From contig CAIIXF020000001.1 of the NCBI GenBank assembly GCA_903813345.2, positions 41,354,001 to 41,418,000 on the forward strand: a DNA stretch of 64,000 bases, written 5' to 3'. Source of the stretch: Owenia fusiformis. Taxonomy: Eukaryota. Every line of letters starts with the position of its first letter. Position 1 is the first letter of the stretch. Positions 40,517-52,700 of the stretch are shown here, piece by piece. The position numbers and the translations under genes are program-made. The notes under the pieces were generated by a model. It was not told the origin of the DNA. It did no database searches and saw only the letters and a program-made list of their open reading frames with translations.

Positions 40517-41288
40517 AGATGCCAAACCCTGGGAGATGCCCAACATTGAGAAATGCCCTGCATTAGAAGATGCCCAGAATTATAAAATGCCCAGCATTGA
40601 GAGATGTTAAACATTGACAGATATCCAACACTGGGAGGTCCCTAGCATTGAATGATGCCTAATATTGAGAGATGCCAAAAATTATAAAATGCCCAGCATT
40701 GAGAGATGCCAAACATTGAGAGATATATCCAATACTGGGAGGTCCCTAGCATTGAATGATGCCTAATATTGAGAGATGCCCAACATTATAAAATGCCCAG
40801 CATTGAGAGATGCTAAACATTGAGAGATATATCCAATACTGGGAGGTCCCTAGCATTGGATGATACCTAATATTGAGAGATGCCCAACATTATAAAATGC
40901 CCAGCATTGAGAGATGCCAAACATTGAGAGATATATCCAATACTGGGAGGTCCCTAGCATTTGATGATGCCTAATATTGAGAGATGCCCAATATTATAAA
41001 ATGCCCAGCATTGAGAGATGCCAAACATTGAGAGATATATCCAATACTGGGAGGTGCCTAGCATTGAATGATGCCTAATATTGAGAGATGCCCAATATTA
41101 TAAAATGCCCAGCATTGAGAGATGCCAAACATTGAGAGATATATCCAATACTGGGAGGTCCCTAGCATTGAATGATGCCTAATATTGAGAGATGCCCAAC
41201 ATTAGAAGATGCTCAGCATTGAGAGATGCTCAACATAGGAAGATGCCAAACAACTGGAGATGCCCAACACTGACAGATGTCTAACATT
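40517..41288. repeat. Higher-order minisatellite: 104-bp unit built from six 17-bp-type monomers
   Basis: attataaaatgcccagcatt recurs at 40579, 40681, 40785, 40889, 40993 and 41097; monomer gagagatgcccaacatt. Confidence 0.92.
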
Positions 41289-44200
41289 AATGTGATGCTT
41301 TCCAGAATACATTTTTGAAAAACTGCTATACCTGGCCATGTTATTTTCTGGTACAAAATAAAGTATAAAGGCATGATTGTATCTTCTTCGTGCTTTTTCA
41401 GGAAAGTATCATTACAGAATGCTGACATTTCAAGAAAATGGCTGCCTTTTCAATTTTCTCTTCTCCTTGTTTCTCAACAACACTGGATTGCCAACAAATC
41501 TTCCCAAAAAGTAGATGCAACAAGGATGCATTCCAGAAAAAAATAAGGAAATACACTTATGTATTCATACTTTAATTATTTTCTACCAGAAAATATTACA
41601 TGTGCGGGTATAGCAATTTTTTCAAACATGTTTTTCCATGTGTACCTTAAGGGTATATTGATTGTGATTGTGATACCGTAATATCTAAAGTAGAGTTATT
41701 TCATACATTATTCAATACAAGTACTGTGGTATACATTTATATTCCAAGCATTTCTTATTTCTATAACCAACTTTACATCTCCTTTCACAAATAAGATGTA
41801 GCATAATCAGACAGTATAATTGGCAAAATCTTCAAATAATTTCACACAATGTGAAAGACGAGTTATATATAATTTGGATGATTTGTGGACGACCTACCAA
41901 ATATGAAGCATTTTAATTTCAAGACATCAGCAATGGTGAAATTCTAAAAATTAAACAAGCATTCACCCTGCATATTACCCTGCCCTATGTACACAAGAAC
42001 ATAATGTTGTCAAATAAAATGAACAACAACTATGAAGACAAGCTAAATCTGTATTCTATATACCTCTATTACCAGATGTGTTTTCCCCTAAGGTCCCTCA
42101 ATAATACCGTAAAGATCGTATTAAGGGCCCACCCTGCTTCACAGAGTTCAAGAAATATTGAGGAATTACCAAGTATAAACGAATATATCAGAAAAAAATA
42201 TTATTTTCGAAGTTGGTGTTTCCCACATCTGACTATACTAAAATGATCTCAAAATAGACCATAATGAATGAAGGAAATGCTCAAGTTTAGAGTTTTGTTT
42301 CGACATTTTACCAAGTAGCGATCGTCAAGGTTGTGAACTTTCTCGTTTTCGACTTTGATACCACTTTTACACGAAAAATGATGTTCTGTCATCAAATTGA
42401 AAAATAAGGTATACATGTAACTAAGATCAATATCTAACAGTCTATAGTAAAAAATATTGAAAATAATCTCGGAAAACGATTCCTTCACTTCAAGGGGCTC
42501 TGCTGGGAAGTTCTTCAATCACTCTCAACATTGTCTAGTTAGATTCTTGCTTTATTTTAGCGATCTTTACTGTATTCTCCAATAACAATACATATCATTA
42601 TTGTAAATAAATATGCTGTTACTTGGTTTTGATGTTGCAAATAAGACATTCTTAGCAAGAAAAATTCCCATACTTTAAATTCCTGGGGAATTTTGGCTTC
42701 TTTCATATATGGGCGCTCTTTGTAATGGGTTACAATGGGAATATCAATTTCAAAAGCTAGTATCCAAGGCACTTTTTATGGCGAATATGGTAATAACAAC
42801 AATCTTGTGTATATGCGTCATATACTGAGATATATCAAAGTAGCCATCATCTGACAAAGTAATAAACATAAACCATTTAGTGCTATTTGAAACCAGGATA
42901 TAGAATCATCAAAATAACCAAGTAATCCAGGGGTAAACCTATTCAGAGATGCATATCAATTAATCAAGGATGACAAATACTGGAAATAAACAAATCCCAA
43001 GAGTCTGAAATCCTATTATATCAGTGGCAATACATTTTATGGTTAACCAATATTATTCATTTAATCATGTTGTGCTCAGTCTAAGCTTTGCCTATGCTAA
43101 TCTCAAACTGATCTCACCAGAATGAGAGCATTTGCCTGGTGCATCCTCCGAACACAGGCCTCCAGAACTCGTACCTCCTTCTTCTTCCAAGAAGAAGGAA
43201 GGAACTTAGTGGATGATGTCTGGAACCCTGTGTTCGGAGGATTGCCTGGTGCTACACCCTATACTACCCTACTGAGAATCTGTTCACAACCTGCTAATAG
43301 GGTCAATTACTGAGAAGTATTGACTAACCATGACTAGTAAACAAGTAGGCTTTAGAGCCCTGGTAAAAGAAAAAAGAGAGAGATCACTTATAAATAGAAG
43401 TATTCATTTTGTTTTTACAATACTTAATAATATGCCGCCATTAGATTTTTTATACCCAGAGGCCTTGAATTCAGAAATATACAAGGCATAACATAACAAT
43501 TATCACCGCCTGCATATGGTTACAAGAGTAACAATTTATTAAAGACATCAACCCCTGACTGCTGATGGTATGCAATTGATAATGTTAAAGTGGTCAGATG
43601 AGCCATGTAACATTTCATCTCAATATCACACAAGGCATTAACATGCCAAATGTTACCACCTGCCAATTGTTACAGACACTGACAGCTGAACACCAAACAG
43701 AAAAATGTTGGAGACAATAACAATATATCACTTTTGTGGTGGTGACATAACAATACCATGAAGACACTGTTGCTTAACTGAGAGAATCTATTTGCCAACA
43801 GAAATATTACATATAAATCAAGACAGTTATGTAATGTTTTGGCAATAAATGAAGATGGCATCAACCACCAATTGCAAATCAAAGAAAGCAAATATGCAAA
43901 AGTTTTATAAAATATGAATGTATTTTTCTGTTTTGCACTGCGGTATTTTTTAGATTTGATTAATGAACATTAAAAGTAGTAACCCAGATGCAAGTAGGTA
44001 GTTACCAGTTTCACCACCAGGTGGCTAACGCGGGTCAGATATCATGGCATGGTGGAAGGCATGGTATTAGAAAGTTCCCTGGATTCTACAGGCCCGTAGC
44101 CAGGGGGGGTTCGCAGGGTTCGGGCGAACCCCCCCTGGCCAAAAATTCTTTCAAAATCATGCAGCTTTTCACCATTTTGAGCACTTTTCAAGTGATTTTA

Positions 44201-44935
44201 GCCATATTTGGGCCAAAATTGTCAAATGTGAACCCCCCTGGAATTTTTTTCGTCACCTCAGTATTTGGTACCCGTCATTTAATTTGAGTGCTGCGTTTCA
44301 TTCTATATATTATGTTGACTCAGTTTTCCTTATCCATCAACACAATTATCCAGTCAAACACAAAGGGCTTCATTTCATTGATCAAATCACAACTGTGGGT
44401 AATTTTCAGTTGACAGCCGCCAAATCAAGTTGACGGCCCAGTAGTATCACCTGCTCAGAAATACTCAGATTGCTGCAAATGGCATCCAAATTTCGAGGGG
44501 GGCAATTAGCATGACCCTGGACCCCTACCCCCATGAATGTATTGGTGTTTTTGGAGTGATCTCGGACACGGGACATTGTCGGACGATCTTCAATAATTCT
44601 TTATATTATATTGTTTCTTTATATTGAAAGTTCAAATAAGAGACACATCATATCATCGATGTGGTTATATATATTTTTTAAAAATCTAACAATGACTTGG
44701 ATCTTCACCTGATACCAAGGGTTTGTTTGGGAATGCCCGTGGCCGAGAATGCTCCTATGCCCTCTACTAGACCCCCCCCCTAAAGATTAGTTGGATAACA
44801 TTCAGTCTCCAATTCAGAAATCAAGCCCACCTAAACTAAATCCTGGACCCTATACATTAATTAGCAACGCTATCTCTATTATGTATGAGTAGGTCTAATA
44901 AAATTGCCCTTAGCTTAGGCCTTTCCAGGCTTGTA

Positions 44936-46499
44936 CTATTTTTTTCATGGCCTGAGTTCGTCGCTAACATGCTAAATATAAGAGTTAGCTGACGTTTGGG
45001 AGTCTGACTTACCTTCTAAAGGTTAGAACCCGAATCTTAATGAAACCATATCACCTTTGTTGCGTCATTGATGATGCATAAACAGCATTTGATAGAAATT
45101 AGTGTAAATGCTTTTCCGACTTTTTCATTTTTCATTAATGTTGACTTCCGGGAAGGCGTTGTAGTTATCACGAAATAACGCATTGACCCTTGAACTTTAC
45201 TTTGTTGACGTGTCAACCAAGCATGTCTGGTGTGAAAATTAAAAGAATATTAAGGTCTCATGGAAGTTAACAGGAAATGACTAAACAAAAAATGACAAAG
45301 CCATGCTGGATTTTGAAAATTTTTTGAACCAAGATAACAGAGTTCTGTTTGGACCTCCAGTCAGTTTAACTAGTTCCACATATCATTTACATGACCGGGA
45401 ACACAGTTGAAATGGTCAGAATGACCATAAACATAATAGAATAACCTTTTCAGCCCTCTGAAAATGTGACTAAAAAATAGCTAAGAGTAGGTGCTCGGGA
45501 AAGGTCACTGAACAGAATATTTTGACTTTTTCAGAAAATGTGCCCAATATATTGCTCTAAATGATACAATTCAAAAAAAATTGATATCATTCTTAGAAAA
45601 AGAAAAAATTGAAAAAAAATGAATTGAAAATCAATCTATTTTCCTTTTTACTACAGCCATTATTGTTTCAGACGATTTTTTAAAATTTCAAAGATTGTGT
45701 CATTTAGAGCAATATATTGGACACATTTTCTGAAAAAATCAAAAGATTCTGTTCATTGACCTTTCCTGAGCACCTACTTTTAGCTATTTTTCAGTCACAT
45801 TTTTATCATGTTTATGGTCATTCTGACCATTTCAATTGTGTTCCTGGTCATGTAAATGATATTTGGAACTAGTTAAAGTGACTGGAGGTCCAAACAGAAC
45901 TCTGTTATCTTGGTTCAAAAAATTTTCAAAATCAAGCATGGCTTTGTCATTTTTTGTTTTGTCATTTCCTGTTAACTTCCATGAGACCTTAAGCAATGTT
46001 CTACATCCGCCAAGCTAAGTGAAGTAGCCAATATTTAAAATTACCAATTTCAAGTGAAGTACGCAACGAACGAAACTGCGTGATCTGCATTCCCACTATT
46101 GGTCTGAACGAAATGCTACGTAGAAATATGAGCCGTCTGCTGTATTAGTCGATTAATAGAGTAAGACCTGTTGGTGATGCTTTATAATTTAGACCAAAAC
46201 ATTGGAGAACAAACGAACCTGTAAATCGTGAAAACAACGAACAAATATTTGGTTTTCACATATGTTCTGTAATTTTTCGTATTGAAACTTCCGGAACTTA
46301 CAAGGAAATCATTCATTTTCACGGTCCATGATTTACCTCTTGGATGTTGTGGGAAATGCTCCATGGTTGACGGAACAAAGGTGATATGGTTTCATTAAGA
46401 TTCGGGTTCTAACCTTTAGAAGGTAAGTCAGACTCCCAAACGTCAGCTAACTCTTATATTTAGCATGTTAGCGACGAACTCAGGCCATGAAAAAAATAG
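44936..46499. mobile_element. Non-autonomous DNA transposon with 126-bp perfect TIRs and TA duplication (Tc1/mariner-like target)
   Basis: 44936-45061 is the reverse complement of 46374-46499; TA at 44934-44935 and 46500-46501; no transposase ORF. Confidence 0.88.
45254..45988. mobile_element. Foldback MITE with about 300-bp TIRs and TTAA duplication (Kolobok-like), nested in the 44936-46499 element
   Basis: TTAA|GGTCTCATGGAAGTTAACAGG...CCTGTTAACTTCCATGAGACC|TTAA, with TTAA at 45250-45253 and 45989-45992. Confidence 0.88.
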
Positions 46500-46720
46500 T
46501 AAGCTTATGAAGAATCATGAAAAATCTTGGAGTCTCCGAAAAGACTAGGTACTGGTAAGTATCAATCGTCTTATCCCTTATCCACAAAATTATTTCAGCA
46601 TCAAAAATTATTTATGTAAACTAAAATGCTCATATAATATAATATTGATACTGTGCAAGTAATGAAATAGTAAACGCATTCCTACCTGACCAAATTTTGC
46701 TAACATCCGGGCATTTTCAA

Positions 46721-46738
46721 CCGGAAGTTAAAAATGGC
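46721..46738 (+). promoter_or_regulatory. ETS motif (CCGGAAGT) and YY1-like AAAATGGC at the SMNDC1 start
   Basis: ccggaagt at 46721-46728 directly before aaaATGgc, a common housekeeping-gene start configuration. Confidence 0.45.
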
Positions 46739-49700
46739 TGAGGAACTGGAAGCAAATTTATCTACATATAAACTGCAATTACAGCAAGTATGCTCGATAA
46801 ATGAAATTAATATTAATTTGAAATACAAGATTTATGATTGACTGCAATATTAAAATAATTATTATAGGTCTTAATAGTGACGATATTAGCATATTTACAT
46901 TTCAAATATTATTTTTGAAATATTTTTTAGAAAATTAAATTTCTTCACTTACTGCAGTATACATAGATCTCAAGGATGATTGGGTCACATGGTTCCAAAC
47001 TGGTATTTTTAATCGACACGAACATTGAAAATCTTGTTATTGTCTGACATAATACCAGTGTTAGAGTCCATTTCACTTCTTCATTTCGTCAGTAGAACGG
47101 CAAAAATAAGAAATTGGGAGACCATTGTGCAATAATATATGGAAAAGTATATTCATAATGTACATGAATGACATTTGTATATTTCAGATTTTTTAGTTTT
47201 ATGTGCAATAAGCCTGTGCCGTCTTGTAATTTGAAGAATTTCAGCCATGTTAATCTTATTGAAAATAACATGGCAGAGAAGCATCCCAATATAAGAGACC
47301 ACACACTTTATAAGCCAAACTAGAAGCAATCCAAAATATACAAATGTCATTCATGTACATTATGAATATACTTTTCCATATATTATTGCACAATGGTCTC
47401 CCAATTTCTTATTTTGCCGTTCTACTGACGAAATGAAGCAGTGAAATGGACTCTAGTCATTAGGCCTTCCCGGTGATTGTCCAGTAAAGTGAGCCCCAGT
47501 CAATGTCTCCAAAAGTCACGGTCATTTTGATCAGAGAGTATGATCTTTAATCACCTACCTAGCTGTAGAATGCATATTGGTGATGTTGTTCTCATAATGA
47601 TTAGAGGGGTCGATGATTAAATCGACAAGTTCCATGGATTGGAGTAATTGTTTTGCGAAGGATAGGTATAGGCTTTAGGATTTATTTCACGAATCTCATC
47701 AGAAATTAGGTAATCTTGGTGATTGTAACTTGCAAAGCTGTTGTGAGTAGAGTCTTGTCATATAATCAGCCTCAATTTTAAAGTGTTAGTTGTATTTTTA
47801 ACATGATTTCACTGTTTTTTTTGTGGACTGGTAAGATCTTGGAACACAAATGGCATGATGGATGAGCTTTGACCTCATTTTGACTGATGGTGATCACAGG
47901 CAAATCACGTGATCAATTTTATCTTAATGTTGATTGATTTAAGTTTTAATTGGTTGGGAAAATTGAATTTATTTGAAAGTTTAACCTCCCGCTTGAGAAC
48001 AAGAATAGGTCATGTGACCTTGTGCCAGAGTCATTGCATTCTTTTCAGTTGACCTGTTCAAAGTACATTGAGTCCTAATTATCACACATCACAACAATTT
48101 TGGAAACAATATTTTATAACTACATAGATTACGATGCATCTAAGGTACATAAAACTAGATGACCAACTGCATGAGGAATAGTGATAAATACCCCAACGGA
48201 GATCAGTCTTGAAATAGACTTGAATCTTGTTTCCAATCCTGAAGCCTAGTTGATACCTATCCTTCGCAGAACAATTACTCCAATCTGTGACAAGTTCTCA
48301 GAATTTCAAATCTGACTTTGGATTTGAGATTTGACCTTCTGTAATGTATATGGAACTAAAAGTTTTAAAGTTGATCAAAAGATGGCACTAGAGTATACTA
48401 AACTAGACTCATAACTGAAAAGTGCAATCAGAGAAGCCAATTATGATTTTGAAAAGAACAGTCAGTTCACAAAGAGAAGTCAAAGCATCAACATGTAAAT
48501 ATAATGTGAAGATATAAAATAAGAAATAAGATCATAACGTTGTTCAAATGAACCAAGAACCAAATAAGAGACCGAAATAAGCGACAACTGTCGGACCCAG
48601 CGAGAGCATCAAAGGGGCCCCTCGTCATAACGTCCAGAACCCAAGATAGGTGCGACAAGGTAGTATAAACAAGTTAATAACAACATTACATGGTGGCGGC
48701 AAACGACAAGAACCACGCTTCAAGCGCTATACAAGCAATAGGACGAGGTAATATAATTGCTATTTTGTTAGGAAAATTCCATGAAGAGCTAGAGACAAAG
48801 AACTTTATTCAAGACCTAAGATTCAAGATCTGAAACAGATCAGAAAGAACTTTTCTAAGAAACTAAGAAAGAAGCAAGCCTAAGAAATTCAGAGTAAAAG
48901 GAGAGTTACAGAAGTCACAAAAGGCAAATCTTGAAAATAAAAACTGAAGTTTTAGCAACATTTTGAAAAATTAGTTCACTGCACAGTAGCATAGATTTTT
49001 ACAATTGGCAAACAGTGGCAAATTCAATAGCAAAGTACAACATTGGAAAATCACACATTGGAACTTTCATATGCATTTACATGTAATCTGGAAAACTTTT
49101 TTCATGAAGTACACAGTTTATTAGTACAGAGTTGAGATTAGGATAAGAATTTTAGCATAAAAAGTTTTTCACATGTACAGTATATACAAGTGTTTTATAT
49201 GAAGGTATTATTAGCTAGATAGCCAGTCAGTAGTCATGCAACAATAGGCTAGGTTAGATTACATGGTTAAAACAAAAGATTAGTTAGGATAGTTAGCTCT
49301 CAATTTTTCACACATATATCTGAATGCATTTGTGCAAGGTCAAGTTGACCCAGTTAGTGAATTAAGTGTATGCCTAGTTTTGTTGACATAAACCCATATA
49401 AGGCAATAAGGTCAAGCTGACCAAAAGGTAAACAAACAGTTACTGAAGTACAGCACCTGAAGTGAAACTAGCAAATTTTTCAACTTAGCTATTTATCTGC
49501 TATCATTGCTAAAGTAAGATAGTTAATTTTACAAACATTTATAGAGTAAGATGGTTTAATTTTCACTGTTATTTTAGATTAGATTAGTGGTGAATAATCA
49601 ATTAGCTAGCAAGCAAGCAATTAGCGACAGTGCATTTTATTGGTTCATCATTGGTGAAAATCCATCAATTGGTAAATCATAGGTGAATTATCATAGTAAG

Positions 49701-52700
49701 TAATTGCAAATAACAGCATTACATAAATTTGATATCATATTTAGAACTTAGCACACATATTGTGTTAATAAATAGTAAACTACATTAGGTTTACAACAAA
49801 ATTCCAATTGAATATTCATAAACAAAATAATTTTCACTTGCAATTGTTTACAACATTGTCATATTTAGGTTATATATTATCAATCAATGTGTAGGTTAGC
49901 GTTACTGTAACATTAGATTTAACAGATCTTGCTATAAGCACTTAGCCATTACTGGTAGTATTATGTTAAGTTAGTGATTATGCCTATAGATACTAGAGCT
50001 AACACATACTCTGAAAAGCCTGATCAAGGTAAAGATAGAAAGGATAAGGACCAGCCACAAGGAGCTGAAAGAAAAGAAGAACCTTTTAAAGAAGCCATGG
50101 CGGAATCTGAGGATTTCCACTGTGATGATGATGATCTGACCAAGATGGAAGATCCAACTAAGATGAAATATCCATACATGATGCAAGATCCAGATGCCCA
50201 ACCAAAGATGGAAGGACTTGGTGTTCAACAAGGAACAGATACCACTAGGATGATGCAGCTCATGATGGACATGTTCCTTAAGAACAATGAAGCAACTGAG
50301 CGAAGACTCCGGGACATGGAGAGGGCTCGCCTTGAAGAAATAAAACAGGAACGTGAAGAAAGAAGACGCCTTGAAGAAATAAGGGCTAAAGAAAGACAAC
50401 AAGAACGTGAGGATCAAAGGAAACTCATAGAACAATTAAGAAAAGACAAAGAACAAGAAGGAAAACGACCCAAAGACCCATTCATCACAAAACTTAAGGA
50501 TTCGGATGATATTGAGGACTTCTTAACAGTTTTCGAGAGAACAGCCACAATGTGCAATTGGAAACTTGAACATTGGACTTTGAAACTTGCTCCAGCACTA
50601 TCTGGGAAGGCCCAAGCTGCATATGTTAGTCTCAATGCAGAAGATGCCATGAACTACGAAACAGTAAAATCAGCTATACTGAAGCGGTACTCCATCAACG
50701 AGGAGGCGTACAGAATCCGTTTCAGAGGTCTTAAACGAACTGATGATGAAGGTATAAAAGCCTTTGCAGTACGTTTGACCGATGTATTTAACAAGTGGTC
50801 CAAAGATGCAACTACAATAGAAGACTTAGGCGATTTGATCATCAAGGAACAACTTGTCAGCACATTACCAAGTGATGTTCAACTGTGGGTGAAGGAACAT
50901 GATCCAAAAACTTCTGAAGATGTTGTTAAACTGGCTGATAATTACCTTGAAGCTAGAAAGCAGGAAGGCACAGATACCCCTCAGACAGTTTACAAACCAA
51001 AGAAGTTTGGAAACAGGAACAACAGGGACAAAGATACAACAAAGTCTACAAATCAAGCAGATGCCTTCAAACAGAAGCCTCTTGAAAGTATCCAATGTTT
51101 CAAATGCCAGTCTTTTGGACATTATTCAGCAGATTGTTCTTCAGCCAAAGCAGTTAACAAGTGTACAAAATGCCTTAATCTGGGTCACACAGCAGCTGAA
51201 TGCAGAACAGATACAACCAAACGATGTGAAAACTGCAAGATTTTTGGCCACGAAACAAGTTATTGTAAGAGAGGAAAGAAGGGATATCTCTGCAAGTCTA
51301 AGAATGACATATTCTCTCAGTACAACAGGAGTAGAGATGGTACAGTACAAGGCCTGATGAACAACAAGAAAGTTAAACTCCTTATTGATACAGGAAGCTG
51401 TAAGACAATAGTACACAAGAACCTAGTGGAACCAGATCAAGTATTATCTGATGATGAAATCACAATGACGTGTGTACATGGTGATCACAAGTCTTATCCC
51501 ACTACCAATGTGACATTTTCCATTGGTGATGAGACATTCCATGTTGATGCAGTGGTTTCAGACTCAGTACCAACACAAGTTCTTCTGGGACAAGATGTGC
51601 TAAGACAACTTGATAAGGAAAAGATGGATAGATATATCTACAAGAAACCAACAAATTCTTATGTGACTACACGTCAACAATGGAAAGACCAACGACAAGA
51701 AGAAAATGAAGACAGACTCTTAGATGAATGTTCTGATGTCAAACTAACACCAACTAAGGAAGATGAGTCAACATTGGATTCACATGATCACAATAGTGAT
51801 GCAGTGCAAACTGAACACAATGACAATGACTCTGATGATGTTAAAGCAGCACAAACTCAACACAGTGATAATGAAACTGGTATTGATGATGCTGATACAA
51901 GTGAATTTGAAGGTGATGAACTACCTTTCAAATTTGATGATACAATGTTTCTAAGAAGAAAGGCTGACAAGATAAAGAAGACCAGAAGACAAAGAAGAAG
52001 CGAAAGAATGAAGCTTCAATCCAAAGAAAAAGAACAAGAACTTGGGACAATAGATGTAGACTGTCTGAAAGAAATGCAGAATACAGATCCTACTCTGAAG
52101 GATGTGAGGAAGAAAATACTAGATTCTACTGATACTAACAGGGACATACCATATTTCATAAGGAAAGATGGTCTGATATATAGAATATCAAAGACTCCCT
52201 TAGATGAACAACTGGAACAGATAGTCATACCGAAGGGTTGCAGAAAACAGATCCTAGATGTGGCACATAGTATTCCATTGGCTGGACATTTAGGAATGCA
52301 AAAGACAACCAACAGAATTACAAGAAGATTCTTCTGGCCTGGGATTCATAAAGACATTACTAATTATTGCAAGTCATGCGATAAATGTCAACTCATTGCC
52401 AAGAAGAAAACCATGGACAGAGCTCCACTTATTCCATTGCCTGTTATAACAGAGCCATTCAAGAAAATTGCCATGGATGTGATAGGCCCACTGGTACGCT
52501 CTACCAAAGGAAACAAATACATTTTATGTATTGGAGACTACGGAACAAGATATCCGGAAGCTGTACCGATGAGAAACACAGATGCTAAAAGAATCGCTAC
52601 AGAGCTGATGATTTTGTTCTCCAGAGTTGGAATTGCTGAAGTAATACTTACAGACCAAGGTACAAACTTCATGTCAAAGACCTTGAAGGAAGTCTACAGG

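Noticed and set aside
46681..46706. Minus-strand ATG..CAG|GTAGG mini-exon (MLAKFGQ) suggesting a divergent first exon for PKI
   Set aside because: Less than 30 bp from the SMNDC1 ATG and supported only by short motifs; cannot be separated from chance.
48691..48708. Assignment of the primer tRNA for the Gypsy PBS
   Set aside because: TGGTGGCGGC resembles the complement of a tRNA-Leu 3' end for only about 10 nt with a wobble pair; the species tRNA set is needed.
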